A stretch of DNA of 64,000 nt from Candidatus Krumholzibacteriales bacterium (GTDB lineage: Bacteria; Krumholzibacteriota; Krumholzibacteriia; Krumholzibacteriales; WJIX01). The notes under the pieces were generated by a model. The model ran no database searches, had not been told where the DNA came from, and was given only the letters and a program-made list of their open reading frames with translations. The stretch spans positions 691-64,690 of the forward strand of contig JAWODM010000021.1 in assembly GCA_046483305.1 (NCBI GenBank), read 5' to 3'. Of the stretch, positions 36,215 through 47,300 are shown piece after piece (positions within the stretch are counted from its first letter, which is position 1; every line of letters begins with the position of its first letter). Made by a program: the position numbers and the translations under genes.

Positions 36215-36718
36215 ATGAAGAAAATGCTTATTGTATTCAGTGCCGTGCTGCTGGTCCTGTCGGCAGCGCTGCTGGCCGGCGGTGAAGAGAAGAAAATGAT
36301 GATGAAGAGCAACTTCCCGCCTCCTGAAGGGAAAGCCTTCCTCAATTACATCACGGAAGTCAGTCCTTACCAGGGCTGGGGAGTATGGCCCGGGCATGAA
36401 GGGCTGGAAGAGGGAAAGAGCCCTCACGGGAAATTCATCAAACTCCTGGCTAACCCCGTAGCCCTCAAAGCGGCGCGCGAAGGGAAGGAATTGCCGCATG
36501 GCGCCATCATAATGAAGGAGAACTTCAACGAGAATAAGGAGCTGGTGGCACTAACCCCGATGTACCGGGTTAAGGGCTATAACCCTGAAGGCGGAGACTG
36601 GTACTGGGCTAAAATGGGGCCCGATGGAAAAATAATGGCGGAAGGCAAAATAAAGGGCTGTATAGATTGCCACGCCAAAGTAAAGAAGAAGGACTGGATA
36701 TTCCACTCTCCCAAATAG
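36215..36718 (+). CDS. Cytochrome P460 family protein
   Basis: Signal peptide; HGAIIMKENF (cross-link Lys position), GYNPEGGDWYW and C-terminal CIDCH heme site. Confidence 0.85.
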   Translation: MKKMLIVFSAVLLVLSAALLAGGEEKKMMMKSNFPPPEGKAFLNYITEVSPYQGWGVWPGHEGLEEGKSPHGKFIKLLANPVALKAAREGKELPHGAIIMKENFNENKELVALTPMYRVKGYNPEGGDWYWAKMGPDGKIMAEGKIKGCIDCHAKVKKKDWIFHSPK

Positions 36719-36796
36719 ATCGTCGAGTTGAATAAAAACCGAAGCTGAATATTTAATTCCGGGACATGCGATCTGGAAAGGAAGGTTTTTTTCAGT

Positions 36797-38116
36797 ATGG
36801 CATCAGCTGCTGTCAGAATACTTATATACCTGCTCATTGCGTTACTGCCCCTGGCGGTTCTTTCCTTTACCAATACAACCTATTACGGTCTTCTCGCAGA
36901 ACTGGGAAGGAGTTCGGCTTTAGTCGGATTCATGATACTGGCAATGCAGTCACTTCTGGCAGGGAGATTCAAATGGATCACCCGGCCCTTCGGATTCGAT
37001 ATCGTAATCAGGTTCCACCGTAATATGGCCATTCTGGCCGTTTGCCTTATAATCCTTCATCCCGTTCTGTTAGCAGCGGGAAGCTCCGGTTTCAACCTGC
37101 TCTATTCACTGTCCGTTCCATGGTATATCTCGGTGGGAAGGGTAGCGCTCCTGCTGCTCGTTCTCATAGCGTTGTTCAGTATGGCGGGAAACCCGGACCG
37201 CCTGGGATTCGAACGATGGCGGTTGATTCACGATATTACCACTCCCCTGCTGCTTATACTTGTTATCATACACGCATGGATGGCCGGGACGGATTTTGCC
37301 ACAGGATGGGTTAAATGGGGAGCAGTAATCATAAGCGGGATTTCTCTGGCGGCATATATTTACCACCGCTTCATCAGGCCCGCCATGCTCTCCGGAAGGC
37401 CTTACCTGGTTTCCGGAGTGGATGAGATTGCCGCCGGGGTATGGGATATCGCTCTGAAACCGCCGGATGGGGATGAAGTTTTCAGTTACCTTCCCGGCCA
37501 GTTTCAATTTATAACCTTCCACCGGGCAGAAGGCCTGCCGGAGGAAGAACACCACTGGACCATATCATCCAGCCCGGCAGAAACCGGGCTGGTAAGATCC
37601 ACCATAAAGAACCTCGGTGATTTTACTTCCACCATGGGAGAAACCCGGACCGGCGATACCGCCACGGTTCACGCCCCCTTCGGCAGATTCAGCTATGTTC
37701 TCCGTCCCAACGAGAATGATTTTGTGTTTATTGCCGGCGGAATAGGTATCACGCCGATGATGAGCATGATCCGGCACATGCGGGATACCGGCCGGTCCTT
37801 CCCGGTACTTCTGGTATATGCTAACAGGAATCTGGAATCGGCGGCGTTCCGGGAAGAACTTGCCCGGATAGAAGAGGGGAAAGCGCCCAGTCTCCGGGTT
37901 ATCGATATTCTCAGCGACCCGGCCCCGGACTGGGATGGTGAGACCGGATATCTCGACGCCGATAAACTGGAAAGGTATTGCCATGGCAGATTCGAGGATA
38001 GAGCCTTCTATGTAAGCGGGCCGCCTCCCATGGTATCAGCCGCCCAGAAAGCGATCGAAGAAAAAGGAGTTCCGGACAGAATGGTTCACACGGAGGTATT
38101 TTCCTTTCTTGATTAA
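36797..38116 (+). CDS. Ferric-reductase-like transmembrane protein with FAD/NAD(P)-binding domain
   Basis: About six TM helices with heme His (RFHR, LHP, LIHD, IHA); PGQF, HHWTISSSP, IAGGIGITPMMS and EVFSF. Confidence 0.9.
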   Translation: MASAAVRILIYLLIALLPLAVLSFTNTTYYGLLAELGRSSALVGFMILAMQSLLAGRFKWITRPFGFDIVIRFHRNMAILAVCLIILHPVLLAAGSSGFNLLYSLSVPWYISVGRVALLLLVLIALFSMAGNPDRLGFERWRLIHDITTPLLLILVIIHAWMAGTDFATGWVKWGAVIISGISLAAYIYHRFIRPAMLSGRPYLVSGVDEIAAGVWDIALKPPDGDEVFSYLPGQFQFITFHRAEGLPEEEHHWTISSSPAETGLVRSTIKNLGDFTSTMGETRTGDTATVHAPFGRFSYVLRPNENDFVFIAGGIGITPMMSMIRHMRDTGRSFPVLLVYANRNLESAAFREELARIEEGKAPSLRVIDILSDPAPDWDGETGYLDADKLERYCHGRFEDRAFYVSGPPPMVSAAQKAIEEKGVPDRMVHTEVFSFLD

Positions 38117-38160
38117 ACGGAAAGGGAATATCAGAGAGAAAATATAAGGAAGATGCTAGA

Positions 38161-38262
38161 ATGAGAAAGAAAATGCTGTCGAGAATAAGCTGGCTGATAG
38201 CGATAACTCTGGCCGTTCTAACGGCCCTTCTTACCATGTACAGGGTATATATTCTGGGCTGA
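38161..38262 (+). CDS. Small single-TM protein (33 aa), not in ORF track
   Basis: MRKKMLSRISWLIAITLAVLTALLTMYRVYILG*; AAGGAAG upstream. Confidence 0.5.
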   Translation: MRKKMLSRISWLIAITLAVLTALLTMYRVYILG

Positions 38263-38321
38263 CCCGGCATAGAGTATACTTTAATCAATGATAAAGAACT
38301 TTCATTTGAAGGATTATAAAT

Positions 38322-39041
38322 ATGGGAATACTGCAGGTTGAGAATCTAACGCTCGAGCTGGACGGAAAGAAGATACTTGACGGTCTCTCCATGGATTTCT
38401 GGGAGGGTCATGTTCACGCCGTAGTCGGCCCGAACGGAGCCGGGAAGACCACACTGGCGAATACAATTATGGGACTGAGCGGTTATCGTGATTTCAGTGG
38501 TGATATAATATTCGAAGGAGAATCGATAGCAAAACTGGATATCGACGAGCGGGCCCGCCTGGGGATAACTCTCGGCTGGCAGGAACCAGCGAGATTCGAA
38601 GGCCTTTCTCTGCGGGACTACATATCCGCGTCAGCGAAAAATTCCGGCGGAATCGAAGATGTGCTTGAACGGGTGGGGCTTACACCTTCAACCTATATGA
38701 ATAGAGCGGTGGACAGCACGCTCAGCGGAGGCGAACGGAAGAAGATCGAACTGGCCTCAATACTGGCCATGAAGCCGAAGATAGCTATACTGGACGAACC
38801 GGATTCAGGTATAGACGTGGAATCTCTGGAGAAGATATTCGATGCCGTCGGAATGCTCGGGGAAGAGGGCACCACGGTGCTTCTGATCACTCACAGCCAG
38901 GCGGTTCTCAGACAGGCGGAACACGCCTTCCTGATCTGCTGCGGCCGCCTTCAGGAAAAGGGTGTTGCCAGCGAGATAGAAGATTATTTCGGGGAAAAAT
39001 GCATACCCTGTGACCACAAGAATCAACCGGATTTAAAATGA
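38322..39041 (+). CDS. sufC: Fe-S assembly ABC ATPase SufC/SmsC
   Basis: GPNGAGKT, LSGGERKKIELA, LDEPDSGID and C-terminal CIPC. Confidence 0.88.
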   Translation: MGILQVENLTLELDGKKILDGLSMDFWEGHVHAVVGPNGAGKTTLANTIMGLSGYRDFSGDIIFEGESIAKLDIDERARLGITLGWQEPARFEGLSLRDYISASAKNSGGIEDVLERVGLTPSTYMNRAVDSTLSGGERKKIELASILAMKPKIAILDEPDSGIDVESLEKIFDAVGMLGEEGTTVLLITHSQAVLRQAEHAFLICCGRLQEKGVASEIEDYFGEKCIPCDHKNQPDLK

Positions 39042-39050
39042 GGAAAGAAT

Positions 39051-39989
39051 ATGAATGATAATTCAGCAGATGCCAGGCAGGTTCTGGCCGGGGCGGGACT
39101 GGAAGAAAATATTCTCAAGGATCCCGGCACCGCGCATATAGTGCTGGACCGCAACAGGATACTGGGGATGAATACCGTCCCCGGCCTGGAGATAGAGGCC
39201 AATGAACTGGATGATGGGATGGAAGCGTCCATAACGGTAAAAGAGAACACGGTGATAGATAAAACCGTTCATCTCTGCTTCGGAGTTATCCCCGAGCGGG
39301 GAATTCAGAGAATCATCATGGATCTGGATGTAGAGCCGAACGCATCGCTGTCTGTCCTGTCGCATTGCGTTTTTCCCAATGCGGTGGATGTCCGCCACAT
39401 CATGAAAGGGAATATAGATATCGCGGAGGGAGGAAATTACCGCTACCTTGAAAAACATGTGCACTCCGGCAGGGGGGGCGTCAAAGTATACCCCCAGGCG
39501 GAAATATCAGTGGGGAAGAATGCGAAATTCTCTTCGGTGTTTGAACTCCTCAAAGGAAGAGTCGGGTTGATTGACATCGATTACCATGCTATCTGCGAGG
39601 ACGGAGCGGTGATGGAAATGACCGCCAGGATAAGCGGAAGAGGCGACGACGTTATAAAGATCAATGAACGGGGCCACCTCCGGGGCAGGAAATCCAGGGG
39701 CGTGCTGAAATCGAAGATAGCTGTCCGCGAACAGGCCAGCGCCGACATCGAGAACACCATGATAGCGGACGCCCCCTATGCCAGGGGCCACGTGGACTGC
39801 AAGGAAATAGTCCGGGATGAGGCCACGGCAAGAGCGGTGCCGATCGTGGAAGTACTGCACCCCAGGGCCCATATCACCCACGAAGCGGCTATAGGGAGCG
39901 TGGATTCCAAACAGCTGGAGACTCTTCTGGCGCGCGGCCTCCGCGAAGACGACGCGGTAGAAATGATTATCCAGGGTATGCTGAGTTAG
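39051..39989 (+). CDS. sufB: Fe-S assembly scaffold SufB/SufD family (SmsB)
   Basis: VHLCFG, ARGHVDCKEI and HITHEAAIGSVDSKQLETLLARGL motifs. Confidence 0.88.
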   Translation: MNDNSADARQVLAGAGLEENILKDPGTAHIVLDRNRILGMNTVPGLEIEANELDDGMEASITVKENTVIDKTVHLCFGVIPERGIQRIIMDLDVEPNASLSVLSHCVFPNAVDVRHIMKGNIDIAEGGNYRYLEKHVHSGRGGVKVYPQAEISVGKNAKFSSVFELLKGRVGLIDIDYHAICEDGAVMEMTARISGRGDDVIKINERGHLRGRKSRGVLKSKIAVREQASADIENTMIADAPYARGHVDCKEIVRDEATARAVPIVEVLHPRAHITHEAAIGSVDSKQLETLLARGLREDDAVEMIIQGMLS

Positions 39990-40017
39990 ATGGAGGCTGA
40001 TCCGGAAAAGGCGTCTT

Positions 40018-40653
40018 ATGAATAATGACGGCAGAATGAATGATATATACAGGCGCCTTCCTCCGCGGGATATACCGTGGAATACCGAAGAACCGGCCGG
40101 CCCCCTGATCGAGCTTATTGACAGAGAACTTATCAAGCCATGCAGGGCAATAGACCTGGGGTGCGGCACCGGTACCAACACCTGCTATCTGGCATCCAGG
40201 GGGTTCGATGCCACGGGAGTGGATATCTCACCCGAGGCAGTCAGGCTGGCAGCCGAGAAAGCCGCAAACAGAGGCCTTAAGTGTAACTTCATCACCGCGG
40301 ACCTTCTCGGAGAATTGCCTGAAATAGACGGAAAATTTGACTTGGCCGTCGACTGGGAAGTTCTTCATCATATATTTCCCTCCGACAGGGAAAAATATTT
40401 AAATAATGTTAGCAGAATTCTGAACAGCGGGGCTCTTTACCTCTCCCTCTGTTTCAGCGAAGAGGACCCGGTGTTCGGAGGAAGCGGAAAGTTCAGGAAA
40501 ACATCGCTGGGCACAGTGCTGTATCTATCTTCCGAAAAAGAGCTTCGTGAACTTTTCGAAAACCGCTTCCTGGTACTCGAATTGAAGACCATCACGGTAC
40601 CCGGGAAGATTTCGCCCCACCGGGCTGTATGCGGCCTGATGAAGAAAGAATAG
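40018..40653 (+). CDS. Class I SAM-dependent methyltransferase (TPMT/TehB-like)
   Basis: IPWN, IDLGCGTG, GVDISP and FDLAVDWEVLHH motifs. Confidence 0.9.
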   Translation: MNNDGRMNDIYRRLPPRDIPWNTEEPAGPLIELIDRELIKPCRAIDLGCGTGTNTCYLASRGFDATGVDISPEAVRLAAEKAANRGLKCNFITADLLGELPEIDGKFDLAVDWEVLHHIFPSDREKYLNNVSRILNSGALYLSLCFSEEDPVFGGSGKFRKTSLGTVLYLSSEKELRELFENRFLVLELKTITVPGKISPHRAVCGLMKKE

Positions 40654-40804
40654 GCCGGCAGAGTTTTCGTATCCGCCTGAACCTGAGAAGCGCCGGGAGT
40701 GCCGGCTATATTTAGATTGTAATCTGAACTTATTCCTGATAAATATAATTGAAAATTCAGAATATACCGTCCGATAGCTCAAATAAACTCATTTCGGTAT
40801 AATT

Positions 40805-41971
40805 ATGAACATTGAAAGCCTTATATTCGAGCTCAGCGTTATAATTTTCGGGGCGGCGCTTCTTGGAACCCTTTTCCTCTATGCCAGACAGCCGATCATC
40901 ATTGCCTACATCGCCATCGGAATCCTGGCAGGCCCTAACGGACTGGGAATCATCGATCAGACACACCATATAGAGCAGATGTCCCATTTCGGGGTTATAC
41001 TTCTTCTTTTTATAATAGGAATTAATCTTCAGCCATCCAGGCTGATCAAACTCTTCAGAAAAACCGCGCTGATAACCTTCAGCACTTCCATATTCTTCGG
41101 CCTGCTGGCTCTTATCCTAGCCCTGCTTCTGCGATTCGATATCCATACCTCTCTGATATTCGGAGCCGCCATGATGTTCTCAAGCACAGTGGTGGGACTT
41201 AAGCTGATACCGACCACTACCCTGCATCACCGCCGGACCGGCGAATTCATGACCAGCGTGCTTCTTCTCCAGGATATTCTGGCGATACTTGTTATACTGC
41301 TCGTTACCGGCGAAAAGAGCGGTAACGTGCCGCTCACCTTCGCTCTGCTGGCCGGCAAGTTCGCCCTGCTCTGCCTGCTCTCTTTCGGGGGAGTAAAATA
41401 TATAATGATACCGCTTTTCAGGAGGTTCGATGTGGTCCAGGAGTATACCTTCCTTGCCGCTCTGGGGTGGTGCCTGCTCTGGGCCGAGGCGGCCAACCTC
41501 GCCGGGCTTTCATACGAAATGGGAGCCTTTATTGCCGGTTTATCGATAGCCTCCTGTACGATCGCGTATCTCATCGCGGAACACCTCAAGCCGCTGCGGG
41601 AGTTCTTTCTGATCCTGTTTTTCTTCGCGGTGGGCGCGGAACTGGATTTCAGCCTGCAGCCGCTGCTTCTGATATCAGCGGTGATTTTCGGGATAGCTCT
41701 TGTGCCGATCAAATACGGTGTGTTCCGGCTTGCTTTCAGCCGGACGGGGGAATCACACGAACTCAAGAAGCAGCTCTCTGTCCGCCTCGCCCAGTCCAGC
41801 GAGTTCTCGCTCCTGGTATCCTTTTCAGCCCTGGCGGCGGGCGTAATGTCCATGGAAGCGGTCATGGTAATTCAGATTGCCACCATAGTCACTTTCATAC
41901 TATCCACATACTGGGTGGTACTGAAATACCCCACCCCCATTTCGGGAAATTCCAGACTGAGAAAGGACTGA
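40805..41971 (+). CDS. Cation:proton antiporter (CPA2, KefB-like membrane domain, no RCK)
   Basis: About 12 TM helices; GVILLLFIIG, FSSTVVGLK, LLQD, GAFIAG and LAQSSEFS. Confidence 0.88.
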   Translation: MNIESLIFELSVIIFGAALLGTLFLYARQPIIIAYIAIGILAGPNGLGIIDQTHHIEQMSHFGVILLLFIIGINLQPSRLIKLFRKTALITFSTSIFFGLLALILALLLRFDIHTSLIFGAAMMFSSTVVGLKLIPTTTLHHRRTGEFMTSVLLLQDILAILVILLVTGEKSGNVPLTFALLAGKFALLCLLSFGGVKYIMIPLFRRFDVVQEYTFLAALGWCLLWAEAANLAGLSYEMGAFIAGLSIASCTIAYLIAEHLKPLREFFLILFFFAVGAELDFSLQPLLLISAVIFGIALVPIKYGVFRLAFSRTGESHELKKQLSVRLAQSSEFSLLVSFSALAAGVMSMEAVMVIQIATIVTFILSTYWVVLKYPTPISGNSRLRKD

Positions 41972-42191
41972 ATCGGCGAGGAATACGACCACCGGCGGAA
42001 AACCTCAATACCTTGAGCGCGCTGACGGCTGCATGGCGCATGAGGGCCGTAGGCCTTCTTCCTGATCTGGTTGTTCTATCGCTGGCGGCGCGCGGCGCGG
42101 CGCTGAGCTTATGCCGGATGAAACATATCGATGAAATCAGAACATTCAGAAACAGCCCGCGGCGCTTTCTCTCTCCACAGGTTTTAATCTG

Positions 42192-42407
42192 ATGCTTCCT
42201 GTTTCACTGGCCACTCCGCTGCTGGCGAAGGAATTTCCGGAACCGGGCCTGGTGGTTTTTTCAACCCTGGTGCTGCTGACGGCGGGGAGAGTGATATCCG
42301 TTTCAGAAGCCTTCGCCGGATTCTCCAATCACGGCATGCTGACCGTGGCCTTTCTTTTCGCAGTGGCCTCCGCGCTTCAGCGCACCGATATTCTCAATTT
42401 TATCTAA
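42192..42407 (+). pseudogene. N-terminal fragment of an SLC13/TrkA-C permease
   Basis: VISVSEAFAGFSNHGMLTVAFLFAVASALQRT matches the SLC13 N-terminus, but the ORF stops after 71 aa against a convergent gene. Confidence 0.6.
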
Positions 42408-42444
42408 TCTACTTTCAGGATAGGGCCGGGAGCGGATACCTTCA

Positions 42445-44265
42445 TCAGATCATTTCCTCAGACTCGAAGTCTGAAATGGAACTTGACCCGGTAGTTTCTT
42501 TCTCTATCAGAGAGGTAATGGTAAAGAGGTGATCAAACCCCATCTTTTCCATGCTGCCGAGGTTTTCTCTGAGCCTGTCCACATCCATGTAACCGGAGAG
42601 GGCCGGCCCGGAGAGCTGGCGCTCGAGGCATTTGCGGACAGGAGATTCGGGAGTGTAGGCTCCCCTTATCCTGCTCCAGCGGAGCCGGTATTCAACAATC
42701 TTTCTGAGAGGTTTGGGAAGCGCGAAATATACCCTTCTGGCAATTCCGTAAAAGGGAAGCTTCCAGGAGGTTATCGGAAACTGCCACTCAGAGTTATTTA
42801 TGGCGGCCACTTCCGGAGACAGCCTGACCAGTATCTCCCTGTATAATTTGTAATTCTTCTTCAAATCATCCGGGAGGTTCATTGAATACCGGAATACTTC
42901 CGACCCGTAAAAGGGAGTCATGGTCCGGGTATAGAACCTGCTCCGCTCCTCGCCCTGGAAATGCCAGCCGGGGCAGCGTTCGGAGAATATGAACTGGAGA
43001 TACTTCATCTTGTAGTCCCGCTCCTGATAACGGCCGAGCATATCCTTCAGCCGGCTTCGAATCTCAGGTCCGGGAGTTCCGGTGATATCAGAAACTGTTT
43101 CGACAGAAAGCATGGTGTTGAAGTTGAGAATATAGTCTACCAGGCCGTCCAGGGACCTGACATTGCCTACCGGCCTGGTATCCCGGATAACCCGGTCTCC
43201 CCCATCTCCGGTAAACAGGGTGAACTCCTCTCCGTAGGTATCGCCGATCCTTTCCAGCAGCTCCAGAATATGCCCCACCCCGAGATAGTTCAGGCCGCTT
43301 ACCCTGCTGAGAAGATCCAGGAGGACCCGGCCCTTCGCCCTGTGCAACCTGAACATATTCCACTCAATACCCAGAGTCCGCGCAATCTTCTCCGCATACT
43401 CAATATCCGGCCCCACTATGCCGTAAGCATCCAGAAAGGTAGCCGTGGAGAAGGGAACCCCCTTATTATCCAGGCAGATCGAAACCGATCTTGAATCCAG
43501 CCCCCCGCTCAATGAAACAACATTTATTCCTGCCGGCGAACTCCTCCTCCGGCAGGCGGCTTCCAGCAGATCAGCCATATTCCCCGCATGCTCATGAAGG
43601 GATCCTCCGGAATGATCTTTCTGCTCGTAGTTGAACGAATGAATACTCTCAATTTCAACCGACCCTTCCCCGGTACTGATCTTCAGCAGGGAGCCGCCCC
43701 GCAGGCGGTTAATGCCCTTGAATACCGTTCTTCCCTCCAGAGGATACCCGAACAGCAGATATTCGAATATGGATTGCCGGTCGAAAACGGCGCCTCCCCT
43801 CATGGAATTGATGAATTTCGGTTCTCTGCTGAGCATTAATCCATTCTCATCCATAAAGTAATAGAACGAAATCCTGGAGAGCGGGTCATTGAAAATAACG
43901 GTGTCTCCGGTCTCCCTGTCGCTGATAAATACTCCGTACTCACCGTCGGTATCCGCAATCCATCCGGCAGCCTCCTCAGAGCAGTCAGGCATGCGCCGGG
44001 CCACCGACAGAAGCGACCTCTCCAGATCGCCCCTGCTCCTGTTATAAATAAATCCGTCCACGCAGATGTGGTATCTCTGATCCTCTATCTCGGCAACGGA
44101 ATATTTATTATGGCTGGTATAGCCCAGGAACAGATGGCCGCCTACCATGGAGGAGCTGCTTGAATATCCGCCGTCGTGAACGAGTTCGTCCAGGGCTGAT
44201 CTTATCCTACCGCTTATATTTTTTATTTCTCCATCTCTGCTGAATACGAATGATATTCCGGGCAT
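42445..44265 (-). CDS. Asparagine synthase-related protein (Ntn-like + ATP pyrophosphatase)
   Basis: DGFIYN, NDPLSRISFYY, SLSGGLDSR and TGDGGD; begins MPG rather than MCG. Confidence 0.85.
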   Translation of the reverse strand: MPGISFVFSRDGEIKNISGRIRSALDELVHDGGYSSSSSMVGGHLFLGYTSHNKYSVAEIEDQRYHICVDGFIYNRSRGDLERSLLSVARRMPDCSEEAAGWIADTDGEYGVFISDRETGDTVIFNDPLSRISFYYFMDENGLMLSREPKFINSMRGGAVFDRQSIFEYLLFGYPLEGRTVFKGINRLRGGSLLKISTGEGSVEIESIHSFNYEQKDHSGGSLHEHAGNMADLLEAACRRRSSPAGINVVSLSGGLDSRSVSICLDNKGVPFSTATFLDAYGIVGPDIEYAEKIARTLGIEWNMFRLHRAKGRVLLDLLSRVSGLNYLGVGHILELLERIGDTYGEEFTLFTGDGGDRVIRDTRPVGNVRSLDGLVDYILNFNTMLSVETVSDITGTPGPEIRSRLKDMLGRYQERDYKMKYLQFIFSERCPGWHFQGEERSRFYTRTMTPFYGSEVFRYSMNLPDDLKKNYKLYREILVRLSPEVAAINNSEWQFPITSWKLPFYGIARRVYFALPKPLRKIVEYRLRWSRIRGAYTPESPVRKCLERQLSGPALSGYMDVDRLRENLGSMEKMGFDHLFTITSLIEKETTGSSSISDFESEEMI

Positions 44266-44307
44266 GATTCTCCTTCGATTAGGAAACCTGATCGGTATAC
44301 CCGGGGG

Positions 44308-47300
44308 TTATTCCGCCGGGACCGTGATTACAAACTCAGTCCATTCCCCCTCCCTGGATTTTACATTTATCGTCCCTCCATAACTTTCGGTAATGATAAA
44401 ATATGCGATGGAGAGCCCCAGCCCCATCCCCTCTTCCCTTTTGGTGGTATAAAAAGGTTCGAACACATGTTGAATGGTATCATCATCTATTCCGTGGCCG
44501 TTATCCCTTACTCTGACACAAACCCTTCCGTCCAGCATGGAGGTTCCTATATAAAGCCTGCTTTCGCGGCTTTTCTCTATCTTCATGGCTTCAGCCGCAT
44601 TTTTTATTACATTAAGAAGCGCCTGGACCATTTTGTTCTTCTCGCATAATATTTTCGGCAATCCGGATTGATAATCTGTTTCCAGTCTGATACTGTTGAA
44701 ATCAAGAGACATATCCCTGCCTGCCAGCTTCAGCGCATCGCCGATCATATCATTTATATCCACGGCCGTCCTTTCGGTCTCGCCCTTGCGCGAGAAGCTG
44801 AGCATGCTCCTTACCACCCCGGCCGCCCTCTTGCCGAAATCTATGATTGTCTCTGTCATCTCAGGAATCTCTCTCCGGTTCATATACTCACGCAGGGCGG
44901 AGAAGTCTATTCCCAGCTGGCGGGCTGTCTCCCGGTTAGCCGGCATATCCGCTGTCAGCCGGTTGGATATCACCGAGGCGTTCTGAATTATGACAGCCAG
45001 GGGGTTGTTAATCTCATGAGCCATCCCGGCGGCGAACCCGCCCAGGGAAAGCATCTTTTCGGACTGAACAATCATCTCCTCGAAGAGAACCTTGTCCGTA
45101 ACATCGTCCTCCCTGATTATCGCTTCCAGCGTGCCCCGGTGGCTTACCGGAAAGACCATTACATCCTTGTAACGAGTCTCCCCGTTTATATGCCTGGCCA
45201 CCTTCATATCTTTCCTGGGAGTTCCAGAAGATATAGCTTCTTTTACCAGGCCGAGTTTCTCTGAAAGCGCCGGATATAACTTCACCAGGTTCCTGCCCGT
45301 CGCTTCCTCCGCTTTGAATCCGGTAACCCTCTCGGCCTCTTCGTTCCATTGAGTTACCTCCCCGTTCTCTCGTATGCCGATCAGGACCGATGGCATGGAA
45401 TTAAAAATATCACGGAGATAATCCTTCAGACCCTCCAGCTCTTTCTCCGCTTCCTTATTCTTGGAGATATCTCTAATGGTAGCCTGGAGGTATTCCTGTC
45501 CTCCGATCTCTATCCTTACCAGAAAAACCGTACAGTATAATTCTCTGCCGTTCCTGCTCTGATGGACCCATTCAAAGAAATGAGAACCTTCCCTGCTCGC
45601 AATGTCGACCATCTCCCTGGCCATATCCGCCGAACCGGATCCGCCCGGCTGAACTTCCGGAGAGATGTCAGCCGGTGTGAGTGAACAGAATTCCTCCCTG
45701 CGGTCTATTTCGAAAAGCTCCAGGGCGGCCGGATTGACCTCCACAAACTTAAGGTCGCCGGGCCTCATTATCATAATGGCGTCTTTGGAAGACTCAAAAA
45801 GGGTCCTGTATTTCTTTTCCGCTCTCTGCCTTTCGGTTATATCCAGAATCAGGGCCATTGAGAGTTCTCTGCCGTCCATTTCGATCAGAGAGGCGCTTAT
45901 TTCCACTCTCCTGGCCTCTCCGGAGCTGTTGACGATATTGAATTCGTATCTCCTGGGCACCTCCTCCCCGAGCCTTCTTCTCCTGTACCTGTCAGTTACT
46001 ATTCCAACACTCTCATCGTCCAGAAATTCTCTGAAATCATGGCCCAGGATTTGGTTACGCTCATACCCCAGAAGCTCAATTACCCGGCTGTTAACGAATA
46101 TCAGTTTGAAATTATCGTCTATGATCATTATCGCTTCGTGCGAGTTTTCTACGATATTCCTGTATCTCTGCTCGCTCCTGCGCAGCTCCTCCTCCACCCT
46201 CTTCCTTTCGGTGATATCCCGTACCACCGCCAGTATTCTATCTTCGCCGAGCAGCTTTACTGCCTTGATGTGCACCTCCACCCAGAAAAGAGATCCGTCT
46301 TTTCTTCTGGCATGCCACTGCAGAGAGGTTGGAAGGACGCTGTCAAACTGCCCCAGCTTGTTTTCTATGAACTCACTGCAGTAAGGGTATTGGCCGGAGG
46401 AGAATTGATCCAGGGTCTTGCCAATAACTTCATCCTTGCTTGAGTAACCGTACATTTCGATCATCTTGTCGTTGACATCGATAACCCTTCCGGTGGAGAT
46501 CTCATGTATAAATATTGCGTCTCCCACCGAGTCAAAAATGGTGCGGTAATTCTCCTCGCTTTCATGAAGCGCCTTGGTCAGTTTGACATGCTCAGTAATA
46601 TCCCGCCCCTCGCAGATAATCAGTTCCACTTCCCCCGAATCATTCACCACCGGCCTCAGGGTTAAATCAACATAGTGAACCTCTCCCCTGTCATTCTGTA
46701 TCTCCGACTCGAAGCGGACAGATTCACCTTCCGCCGCTTTCTCCATAGCTTCGCGAATTCTGGACGGCAGACCCTCGGTTAATTTCCATACGATGCTTTC
46801 GGAGATACGGTTACCCACAACTTCTTCGACATCCCTGTCGACAAAATCCCTGGTGGCCCTGTTTATCTCAATAACCCTTCCGTCCGGCGCGATCAAAGCG
46901 GTGAACTGGAAAATATTATCAAATACCGCCCTGTACTTTCTTTCGCTCCGGAGCAGATTCCACCTGTTCCAGATTCTCTCCATGGTCCGGTCGATACCGG
47001 AGCGTATGCCCTCATAGTTACTCTTGAACCGATCGCTGATCTCATCCTCGCTATGCGAAGCAATATTGATACAGGCAATTATCTCTCCCCCCGCCCTGAC
47101 CGGAAGCGCTGCAAGCGACCTCAGCCCTTCTTCCTGCTGGATTTCCGATAGAGCTCTGTCTATCTCTCTGGAATTAAAAAACAAGGGGGCGCCCCGCATG
47201 ATCTTATCCACCCTCCTGGATCCCGCGCCGTAATAACCGGTATCCTCTATGAATGTGTCTGAAAGCCCCGAATAGCAGATCAGTGTCATATCACCGGAGT

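Noticed and set aside
38291-38311. AATGA-N10-TCATT upstream of sufC as a Fur box
   Set aside because: Spacing is one base longer than the 7-1-7 Fur repeat and the inner bases match poorly
41467-42192. 241-aa plus-strand ORF
   Set aside because: Alternate frame overlapping the CPA2 antiporter; Gly/Arg/Ala-rich, no motifs
42445-44265. Lasso peptide cyclase interpretation
   Set aside because: No precursor, B1/B2 peptidase or PqqD-like gene nearby
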